From Macrostomum lignano (Eukaryota), in assembly GCA_002269645.1 (NCBI GenBank), contig NIVC01004827.1, forward strand, positions 1-34,078: 34,078 bases of DNA. Direction: 5' to 3'. Below, in pieces: positions 1 through 10,494 of the stretch. Position 1 is the first letter of the stretch; each line of letters opens with the position of its first letter. A model generated the notes under the pieces. The model was not told where the DNA came from, did no database searches, and saw nothing but the letters and a program-made list of their open reading frames with translations. The translations under genes and the position numbers were made by a program.

Positions 1-239
1 TTCTTTTGCCGAGAGGCGCGATCGGAGAGCCGAATCCTTTGACTCAGGGGTGGCGGCTCGGGCACAAAGGAAGCTGCAGAGGGGCGGATTAGATGGAGCA
101 ATCTGAGTTGGGGATTCTGTTTCATGCCTATTCTCAATGCCAAAATTTGAGCTGTAGGATTTGTATGTAACAGGGCGATTTTTTTATGGACTAAAATTCC
201 TGCAGTAAAACGTGTGTTGAGAATTTGAAGCTTATGAAG

Positions 240-424
240 CCACGGACACACCACGGATGCCACATGGACACACCATGGACACACCATGGACACACCAATG
301 GACACACCATGGACTCACCACGGACACACCACGGATGCACCATGGACACACCATGGACACACTATGGAATACGCTCGTACCGTGACACAACATGGACACA
401 ACTGATGCCATGGACACACCATGG
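240..424. repeat. Degenerate ~11-12 bp minisatellite (ccatggacaca-like units)
   Basis: Repeated (c)ca(t/c)ggacaca(c) units visible directly. The overlapping ORFs are artefacts of the repeat. Confidence 0.85.
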
Positions 425-427
425 TCA

Positions 428-1020
428 CAGCTGATACCACAGACACACAGCTAATACCACAGACACAGCTAATACCACAGACACACAGCTGATACCACAG
501 ACACACAGCTGATACCACAGACACACAGCTAATACCACAGACACACAGCTGATACCACAGACACACAGCTGATACCACAGACACACAGCTGATACCACAG
601 ACACACAGCTGATATCACAGACACACAGCTGATACCACAGACACACAGCTGAGAACACAGCTGATACCACAGACACACAGCTAATACCACAGACACACAG
701 CTGATACCACAGACACACAGCTGATACCACAGACACAGCTGATACCACAGACACACAGCTGATACCACAGACACACAGCTGATATCACAGACACACAGCT
801 GATACCACAGACACACAGCTGATACCACAGACACACAGCTAATACCACAGACACACAGCTGATACCACAGACACACAGCTGATACCACAGACACACAGCT
901 GATACCACAGACACACAGCTGATACCACAGACACACAGCTGATACCACAGACACACAGCTGATACCACAGACACACAGCTGATACCACAGACACACAGCT
1001 GATACTACAGACACACAGAC
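428..1020. repeat. 20-bp tandem repeat (gctgataccacagacacaca), ~29 copies
   Basis: Near-perfect 20-bp periodicity with occasional 18-bp or 11-bp slips. Confidence 0.97.
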
Positions 1021-2321
1021 ACATAAAGATGCCTAATCTATGGACAGATTTAAGCCAGTTTTCGACATTTTTATTATTTTATTTGAGCACAAGAGGGAAA
1101 GCACAAGGCCTGAATTCCATTCAGCATTTCCTGACGCGAGATTAACGCGGGATTAACAGATTAACGGGCTCGCCAGTAAACTGGGGCCGTCGCTCTGTCA
1201 ATGGCCGCCTTCCTGTCCCTCTTCGCTCTGGCAAGCAGGAAGCGCCACCCGGCTTTCACGGCGATAGGAAGTGGCTTCTGACTCCAGCTCCCCTCTCGGC
1301 AGTTAATTATTCAGGTATTGGGGAGAAAGGAAGTGCTGGATCAGCTGGCAGAGGGGAGCACAGGAAGAAGGATTATTTGCCAGTTGACTTTGAATGCTTC
1401 GAAGAAACACACACAAGAGTGCCGGCCTGCAAGGCGTGGCGGGGATCTGGGAGCTCTGGTCGGATCCGGGATCGGGCACCACTGCAATACATTATTGATT
1501 TTATTCGCCTCCCTCTTGTTTCGCACCAGTCCAAGAGGCTGCATAATTTACTGCGCTATCTAGGAGCTAGTGTAGCCCACCTTCTGAATGAGTTCAGGCC
1601 GGGGACGTCTGAATGCCTGGACTGGAAAGCCGCCAACAATGTTGGAAGCTCAGGCAGTAAAACTTTGCGGACATAAAATTGTTCGAAGCAAAACTGAGGC
1701 TGAATTTGTCCTGCACTACCCCCCCCCCCCAGATTTTTATCCCCAACTGATGGATGACCAAAACTCCTCCCTGTGCCCCAGTAGCAGCCATTGAAGCTGC
1801 TTTTCATTTGAGCAGCTGGGCGCGCGTCTCATGCCTTGCTTAGTCCGAGGCCTGCCTCGAGTTAATCCTCCAGTTTGATTACTTCGCATGATGGGCCGGC
1901 CTGATAGAGACGGAGGTAGGGGCAGGCAGACAGATAGCTGGAGTAGGGAGTGGCGCGGCAGCTCAGGAGGCTGTCACCCTGTGTTTGCGTCCTCGATGTT
2001 GCACTGCTTGGGATATGGGATCTGACAGACAAGCCATTTTCTGGGAGGCCTCTTCCCGATCTCCTCTCCCGGAACAGAGTCCGAACTCTCTAAGGCAGCT
2101 CTCCCCCTCGGGGCAGAGCCCGGGAGGGGTGGCTGGACATTCGAACTCAAAACTCGAGCCAAAAGTTGAGTGTCACGCGTGATGCTGCATGATTAGAAAG
2201 GTGGGCGAGCTGAGGAGTTAGGGGCAGAGATCTGATCGCCACCTTGTACTGGACTCTTCATTTTGCTTTGATACTTTTATCAAAGCACAGATATTCGAGG
2301 TTTTAGGTCCATGAATTTTTT

Positions 2322-2830
2322 AGCTTGTGCGATGTGCTTGGTCTTCGTCGACATGACATTTCCAGCTTGTGCGATGTGCTTGGTCTTCGTCGACATGACA
2401 TTTCCAGCTTGTGCGATGTGCTTGGTCTTCGTCGACATGACATTTCCAGCTTGTGCGATGTGCTTGGTCTTCGTCGACATGACATTTCCAGCTTGTGCGA
2501 TGTGCTTGGTCTTCGTCGACATGACATTTCCAGCGTGTGCGATGTGCTTGGTCTTCGTCGACATGACATTTCCAGCTTGTGCGATGTGCTTGGTCTTCGT
2601 CGACATGACATTTCCAGCTTGTGCGATGTGCTTGGTCTTCGTCGACATGACATTTCCAGCTTGTGCGATGTGCTTGGTCTTCGTCGACATGACATTTCCA
2701 GCTTGTGCGATGTGCTTGGTCTTCGTCGACATGACATTTCCAGCTTGTGTGATGTGCTTGGTCTTCGTCGACATGACATTTCCAGCTTGTGTGATGTGTT
2801 TGGTCATCGAAGACACGATATTCCCAGCAA
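2322..2830. repeat. 42-bp tandem repeat (tttccagcttgtgcgatgtgcttggtcttcgtcgacatgaca), ~12 copies
   Basis: 42-bp (14-codon) periodicity, seen as 14-aa repeats in four reading frames. Confidence 0.97.
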
Positions 2831-4816
2831 GTGAATTGCGAATCCCTTTTTAAATTTTAGATTGCATGTTTATTGAAGCGTGTGCAGAAAAAAGCACCTA
2901 AAATTTCTAGGAAAGCTTAAATATAGAGTTCAATATCAGGAGCATAGAGACCCTGCAGTTAATGCGTTTTTGCTTCTCAATTTTTTCAACTCAACGCTTT
3001 GAACCCTGCCGCAGAGCCCTCCTCAGTTCTGTTCAGAGTCTGCCTCCCCTTCTCCAGTCTAGTATTGTGTTCACCTCTGCTCCTTGGCAAAAAGCGGCAC
3101 AGATGCGGAGAGAAGGGCGAGAGAGCAGGGAGACAGGAAGCGAATTGAAATTGGCGCTTCTTGTGGCGCCGCGACTCAAATCCGTGCCGGCAGGAGAGTT
3201 CGGGAAAATCGGGCAGCGCGACGCGGAAAGCAGCTGTGATTACTTAATTAGGACCCGGCGAGGGGTTAATCAAATGAAAACGCAAAAAAAGAGAAAAAAA
3301 GCGATGGGAGGACGTTCCAGCAATCGCGGAGCTCTCCTATCCCTCTCGGCCCCTCTCCCCTCCCCCTGTTTTCTTTCTATTTTCCCCGAGTGCTGCATCA
3401 ATGCTTGGGCAGGCTGTGCACTGAGGCTCTGGATGTGCCGGCCCGACCCTTGCCCGCCAGTGTACAGGCTCGCCAGAAGCAAGCGGCTACTAGCCTGAAG
3501 GCCTTGCAGCTCTCTGCCTCTCGAAGCCCAGGGCTGCAGTCAGTCTGTTTAGCAAGACGTTAATCTTTATTTTTTGGAGCGCAGAAATAATGCCAGAAGA
3601 ACATCAAAGAAGAAAGAGAGGCGAGGGAGGCATTGCGGCACACTTGGCTGAGCAAAGCAAATTAAGTCACAAGCTGAGATGCTGGCTAGTGTTTCTGATC
3701 GATGGCTAACAAGCTTGAATGCTATTTGACTTAGTGCTGGCTGACTTAGCACATTGCTACCGACATGTAGAGTAAATTACTTTATAAGGCTCTCGAAACC
3801 TTTTAGATAATTTGAAATCACTTCAATTACAGAGTCTGACGCACAGAGGCTGGAGGTCCCCTGCGACAAACCTCATTGCGCTGCATTTTGAGATTTTCCA
3901 ATTCATTAATGTGGTTGGGAGAGATGCATTCAATGCTATATTAAAAATCTAAATATGAAGCTTCATCTGACAGAATCAGCAGCCAGTCGATAGAGATGGA
4001 TAATTAATTGAAATAGCTACGGGGGGCATCGGCGTGGGTTCTACACAATGCAGCAGAGAATTTTTGAGCTGCACACCATCCATCATCTATCCAGAATCCT
4101 ACTCTGCCTCATCATCATTGCTGATTTCGCTCCCGCCAGCCCCAACAACACCCTCCTGCGGCGGAGGCTCTCGGGCTGAATAAGTGGGCATCTGGCTGAG
4201 TGAGGGATCGGACAGACAGGCGGAGGCGGGCAGGCGGACGGGAAGTTTCCCGCTAATGGCGGTCAAATGCCCGCAGCATCTGAGTGGGAGGGGGTTCGGG
4301 CCGGGTAGCCCAAGTCCTTGTTTTCTAACAGCGCCTCCCCCCCCCCTCTTCCATAAAATATCCCCACCAGCCCTCAGCCCACGGTAGCAGATCGCCTCTC
4401 TGCGCAGCCTGCACCAGCCGCTTTAACTATCGTTTTGTTCCACCCTCACTGCTCCCTCCCTTCCTCCCCTCTCCTATCTCTCTCCACCATACTGACTGCA
4501 GTGCATTGGCCTTGGGTCGTAAGTTTCAAACGCAAGCAAGCAGTACTTCGGGCGCAATGAGCGTTGGCCGCTGAACTGTCTGTAGTGCGCCAGAGCCTAC
4601 CCTAAGCCCTTGTTTGTCCTCCCACCAGCCAATCAGCCGCCAGCTCTGTCCCCAACTCCCGTCTCTCTCTGTATAATAAAATTCTCCTAAAACGTTTGTC
4701 TCTGTGGCGTTTTTGGTTTCTGTCTTTATCCATACGGAGCGCATTGAAAGTGCTTTTAGTACAATCAGTAGTTTTACTATACCGATCATTATACAGTATT
4801 GAGTAGCTGCTTGACA

Positions 4817-7800
4817 ATGCGGGCCCTCTGGCTAGCGGTGACAGTGTTATTTGTTCAGTTTAGTAAGCCTCTTCGCAGTCGCTGAGTTCTGTTATAAATT
4901 TTACTAAAACGAAGCCGAAAAAATGACCTGTGAATCCGGTTTTATTGCAGAGTCGATCGCACTGTCAGACGAGAAGACGCTGATCAAGAAGATTCTGTTG
5001 GACTACAAAACAGCCGGCGTCGATGGCAGGCCGGTGCAGAACACCACGGATGTGGTCACCGTGCAGTTCGGCCTGGGCCTGATCCAGATCCTTGACCTGG
5101 ACGAGAAGAACCAGGTCCTCACCATCAAAGTCTGGTCAAGATTTGTGAGTTGTGTATCTTTTATCTGCATGCAATGTACGATGTCTTCGTGTATACAGAC
5201 AGACAACCGCTATGGGAAAGAAAATGCCAGGCTCCAGTGAAAAAAAATCGATTTTGGTTAGTTACTCTTTCTTACGAGTAGAAGCTAGCACGAAACTGTT
5301 TGAAAAGTACGCTTTTCCGTTTGCGCAAACAGCAATTGAGTAATGTCTAAAATTGTAACAAATTCCAGTCATGGACAGATCAGCTTTTGCAGTGGAACGC
5401 GACACAGTACAATGGCGTGTCCGAAGTTCGAATCCCGACTAGAGACGTCTGGACGCCGGACATCGTGCTTTACAATTAGTGAGTGCAGACTTTTACCACC
5501 AATGACAAGGAGAGCGTGTCTTCGCGTTAAGTGGAGCTTCTCTGACCGCGACAGCCTAAGCCAACCCTGGGACAGCCCTAACCAACCCTGCGACAGCCCT
5601 AAGCCAACCCTGCGACAGCCCTAAGCCACCCTGGGATAGCCTTAACCAACCCTGCGACAGCCCTAAGCCAACCCTGGGACAGCCCTAAGCCAACCCTGCG
5701 ACAGCCCTAACCAACCCTGCGACAGCCCTAAGCCAACCCTGGGACATACCCGGTACTGTAAAACGTTATTCAATGGACTCAACGACCTCTCTCTCCAAAT
5801 CCGCTCTCCAGTGCCGACGAGCGTCTCAAAGAGCAGCGCGAGGTGATGATTGTGACGAACCACACAGGCCGGGTGATCTGGATCCCCCAGCAATCTACAA
5901 GTCCACCTGCCAGGTAGACATCACCAACTTTCCATTCGATCAGCAGAGTTGTCACCTAAAATTCGGCAGTTGGACCTACGACGGATTTAAGCTGGACATC
6001 CAGTTCTATCAGAACAAGTCCAACATCAGCACGGATGACTACATCCAGTCCAACGAGTGGCACATTGTGGCCCTGCCCGCCACCAGGAATGTCAAGTTCT
6101 ACCCCTGCTGCAACGAGCCCTACCCGGACCTCACCTTCTTTCTGTTGTAAGTTGCATTGATTAGTGCTGAAATTCACAACCAATACACTACAGGCTCTGT
6201 AGTGCACGCTAATCTACTACATCTTCAGCTGACAATCCTGCGACAGATATTACACATTGTATTGCTGATGAACCTCAACTATATATGCGTGTATTCAGAC
6301 CCATTGCACCCCATTTAGCTCGTATTGCGTAATTAAATTTCACAAGAGAGTAATGCGCCGCAGGTCCACTACCGTTGAACCACCCACGTAAATAAAGTTG
6401 GCTCAATTAAGCTTTCACACTCCACTTAAGCCTGGAAACTCACTTTTCAATAGCTAGGCACCGAATCTCACCGGCCCCAGTTAATTTAGACACCAACCCC
6501 GTTAGGCCACCGACCCTCCCCGGTTTTATTGCTCTACAACCGGCCCCAGTTAATTTAAACATCAACCCCATTAGGCCACCGACCCTCCCCGGTTTTATTG
6601 CTCTACAACCGGCCCCAGTTAATTTAAACATCAACCCCATTAGGCCACCGACCCTCCCCCTAGTTTTATTGGGCTACAACCGGCCCCAGTTAATTTAGAC
6701 ACCAACCCCATTAGGCCACCGACCCTCCCCGGTTTTATTGCTCTACAACCGGCCTCAGTTAATTTAGACACCAACCCCATCAGGCCACCGACCCTCCCCG
6801 GTTTTATTGCTCTACAACCGGCCCCAGTTAATTTAAACATCAACCCCATTAAGCCACCGACCCTCCCCGGTTTTACTAGGACACAAACTAAGCCAAATCT
6901 TCAACTTGCCCTCTCAGTCTGAAGCGAAATCCAGAGTTTTTCGCCTACCTGCTGGTGCTGCCATGCGTGCTTCTGTCCTCGCTGACCCTGGTCATCTTCT
7001 GGCTGCCGCCTGAGAGTCCTGCCAAGATGCTGCTGGGTGAGTGAAGCTCAAATGCAAGACAGTTTTCAGTCAATCCAGAACACGCTCTTGCAAGCTTTGC
7101 TTAGTTCCGAATAAAACACAAATTCTAACAAAGCGACTCATCACCTGTCCGCAGGCATGAACATTTTCGTCGCCTTCTTCCTGCTGTTGCTGCTTTTGGC
7201 TGAATCCACGCCGTCCGCCTCAACCAGCGTCCCCTACATTGGTGAGTCGGACAGTCAGTAACCGGAGCTAAAACGGTTGCTTTTGGATAGAAACCAAAGC
7301 CATAGACGCCCGACACTTGCGATAGAGTGTCAGAGGTTCGATTCCGCGTACGTTTGTGCTCCTCATGCGAAAACTGAAATTTTCACCCGCAGGATTCTAC
7401 TACTGTCTGAACATGCTGCTCATCACTCTGTCCACTTTTCTGAGCGTTATCGTCATTAATTTGTACTTCCGAGGCGACAAACGAAACAGACTGCCCGGCT
7501 GGCTTAAGAAGGTTTGTATAGACCGAGTCTAATAAGCGGGTGCCTCCTGTCCTGACGTGGGTGCCTCCTGTCCTGACGTGGGTGCCTCCTGTCCTGACGT
7601 GGGTGCCTCTGTCCTGACGTGGGTGCTTCTGTCCTGACGTGGGTGCCTCCTGTCCTGACGTGGGTGCCTCTGTCCTGACGTGGGTGCTTCTGTCCTGAAG
7701 TGGGCGCCTTCTGTGCTGAAGTGGGTGCCTTCTGTGCTGAAGTGGGTGCCTCCTGTCCTGAAGTGGGTGCCTCCTGTCCTGAAGTGGGTGCCTCCTGTCC

Positions 7801-9211
7801 TGAAGTGGGTGCCTCTTGTACTGAAGTGGGTGCCTTCTGTGCTGAAGTGGGTGCTTCTGTCCTGAAGTGGGTGCCTTCTGTGCTGAAGTGGGTGCCTTCT
7901 GTGCTGAAGTGGGTGCCTCCTGTCCTGAAAAGGGTGCCTTCAGTCCTGAAGTGAGTGCCTCCTGTCCTGAAAAGGGTGCCTCCTGTCCTGAAGTGGGTGC
8001 CTTCTGTACTGAAGTGCGTGCTTCTCTCCTGAAGTGGGTGCCTCCTGTCCTGAAGTGGGTGCCTCTTGTACTGAAGTGGGTGCCTTCTGTGCTGAAGTGG
8101 GTGCCTTCTGTGCTGAAGTGGGTGCCTTCTGTGCTGAAGTGGGTGCCTCCTGTCCTGAAAAGGGTGCCTTCAGTCCTGAAGTGAGTGCCTCCTGTCCTGA
8201 AAAGGGTGCCTTCTGTACTAAAGTGCGTGCTTCTCTCCTGAAGTGGGTGCTTCTGTACTGAAGTCTGTGCCTCCTGTTCTGAAGTAGGCGCTTCTGTCCT
8301 GAAGTGGGCGCGCCTCTATCCTGAAATGCCACAGGTCAACGTGGCATTGGTTATAACTCTGGTCAAAGTTTTTCGCACAAAAACCTGTCAATCCGCCGCC
8401 TCCGCAGTGCATCGAATTCCTGGCCAAGATGCTCTGCATGCGGCAGGTGATCACCAAGAGCGAGACGGAGAAGCTGCGCCTCATCCGTTCTGAGATCAAG
8501 CACAACCGGCACCACAACAAAAAGAAGAAGCAGGGCCGGCGAGCTCAAGTTGTGGAACTGGCCGGCGATACCGGCGGCGGGCCGACCTCCTTAACGTCGC
8601 AGAGGTTCCAGAACTACGTCGACGAGGCGTCGGTGCGCGACTCCATCGCAGCAGCCGCCGCGGCCGCCGCTTCAGGCGGAGGATCCGGTGGTTTCGACTT
8701 CCAGCAGCAGCAGCATCAGCAGCAAATGTTGCTATCCTTGGGAGGCAACAGCGCCGCAAACCACCCAGGTTACCCGGATGAGTCTCTGCTGTTCCATCCG
8801 CAGTTCCAACAGCAGCAACAACAGCAGCAGCAGCAAAAGCAGCAGCAGCAGAACCTACTCAAACAGGCTGAAGACTCCACCATCCACCTGACGCAGTCGA
8901 TGGAAAGCGACCTCCGCGAGATTCGCCGATCGATCCGCAACCTGATGATGCGCCTGGCTCAGAAGGACGCCACGCAGAAGGTGGCTCGCGAATGGCGCAT
9001 GGTGGCTCTAGTGCTGGACAGGATCTTCTTCTGGTGCTACCTGGTCATCATCATCACGGCCGGCTTCACCCTGCTCATGCCGACCAGCCCGGCCGCGAGC
9101 CGGATCGAGGAGACCATCGAGGAGTACAAGGCCGATTACACGACGGTCCGGCCAGCCCCGATGACCACGGCGCCACCGGAGCCGGCCACTGTGGGCTACT
9201 CGATGCTCTGA
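4817..9211 (+). CDS. Nicotinic acetylcholine receptor alpha-type subunit, anion-selective (ACh-gated chloride channel-like) clade, 8 exons
   Basis: Exons assembled by hand with GT-AG sites and matching phases: 4817-4862 (signal peptide MRALWLAVTVLFVQF), 4951-5144, 5369-5478 (VWTPDIVLYN), 5812-6146 (Cys-loop CQVDITNFPFDQQSC, WTYDG, loop C YPCC), 6918-7036 (M1, PPESPAKMLLG), 7155-7241 (M2), 7393-7511 (M3), 8408-9211 (cytoplasmic loop, EWRMVALVLDRIFF M4, TGA). One apparent 1-nt deletion in the C5 run at 5884-5888. Confidence 0.95.
5548..5745. repeat. ~21-bp minisatellite (gacagccctaagccaaccct[g/gg]) in nAChR intron 3, ~9 copies
   Basis: Periodicity visible directly. Confidence 0.9.
6472..6876. 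repeat. 69-bp tandem repeat in nAChR intron 4, ~6 copies
   Basis: Unit ccggccccagttaattt...ggttttattgctctacaa recurs at 69-bp spacing (6472, 6541, ...). Confidence 0.92.
7541..8325. repeat. 21-bp minisatellite (gtgggtgcc(t/tc)ctgt(c/g)ctgaa) in nAChR intron 7, ~37 copies
   Basis: Periodicity visible directly. It explains the KWVPSVL and EVGAFCA repeat ORFs. Confidence 0.95.
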
Positions 9212-10494
9212 GCTCCGAGCGGCTGCTCATTTTTCTCCTGACCGGCTTGAAAGAAGCCAGAAGAAGACTGTGCGTGTGCGATTGACAGAAATTGTGTCTC
9301 TTCCAGTAGATGGTTGACCAGCAATTGCGCCGGATGGACTAACTTTCCAGCTAGCAGACTGTGTTTCAAACGAGCTCGTACAGCACTGCATATAATACTA
9401 GTAGTAGTGTACATTAGAATGCATTGTAGTGTTTTTCTCTTAACCCTCTTACTGTGAACAGTTACAAAAACACCTGATGGCCACTGATAACGTAATGATA
9501 CTACTTTCATCTAGGCGTCTGTTCAGAGTTTTGGTGCAAAATTTGGGGGGGGGTTCCTTGGTCCCTTCTATGGCCAAAACCGACAGATCTCATAAACTCT
9601 GACAGTGGCCATCAGGTGTTTCAAAACCCGCGCTTGCGTCATGCATCAAATCAGAAGGGTTGTTTTGTCATTCAAAAATTTCGTTTCATTTTCTTAAAGT
9701 ATATTTCAGGATGTTGCACTGGGCAATGTATTTTAAGCTACTTACAGTAAGTAGTATAAAGCATCCTACAGTGCAATGGTACAGTGCAATAGTTGCATTG
9801 AAAGCAGTATCTAAAAATCAATCATTTTTTAATTTAAAATGCAATAAAACATTTAATTTTAAATTTCCCGCTCAAATTTGCAGCACATTTCTGCTTTACT
9901 GGAAAACACCGGAAAATTGCGTCATTTCCCGTCGTTTTTTGCTGATGCAATAAAATTGAAAAAAAGTTTTGTTTTTCATTCTAGACCTGTAAAGTTGTGT
10001 ACATTAGCTGCATTATTGTACATTAAATATATTATAAGTAGGCTCCAGTAGTAAATTGTCGGCATAGATGATGTCGCTTATGTTTATCAAAATAAATTTC
10101 GTAAATATTAATGTAATAAAGTTCGATAATCAATCAACAACAGCATTCTGTTGCTGTTTTTGAAATCAATTTCCACTGTTTTATTGACACTTTGCATAGG
10201 GGAAATAAATTCACGCGGCTTGAGAATTCTTATAGGTAACCAGTTGCCATGCAGCATAATAGATGCGATCTGAAAATCAATACTGTTTAAAACTGATGAG
10301 TTCTCTGCTGAGATATTGTCTGCTTGTTGGACTTTAGCTACTAAATTTTTACTACGATGTTCTGAGCTCTGTGTAAATAACGCCGATTATTCGGCAGCCC
10401 TAAGTTAAACACAACGAGATGCGGAACTCTTGTTTTACAAATAGGCTTAACGTCTCGTAATCTGTTCTCTCAGAATATCATCGCCTAAGCCAAT

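Noticed and set aside
428-1020. CRISPR-like appearance of regularly spaced repeats here and in other arrays
   Set aside because: The repeats are head-to-tail with no unique spacers, there are no cas genes, and the context is eukaryotic.
225-1024. Multiple Cys/Val-rich ORFs (MSVVSAVCLWYQLCVCGISC repeats)
   Set aside because: Translations of a 20-bp non-triplet minisatellite, with no coding signature.
1021-4500. Assorted 60-180 aa ORFs upstream of the nAChR gene
   Set aside because: No recognisable domains, splice logic, TIRs or TSDs. Probably unannotated repeats or regulatory DNA.
6229-6300. Hydrophobic stretch LTILRQILHIVLLMNLNYICV after a CAG, resembling an alternative M1 exon
   Set aside because: Wrong phase for the exon 4 donor (the correct phase gives an immediate TGA), and a much better M1 exon exists at 6918-7036.
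7680-8332. KWVPSVL / EVGAFCA repeat ORFs
   Set aside because: They lie in nAChR intron 7 and arise from the 21-bp minisatellite.
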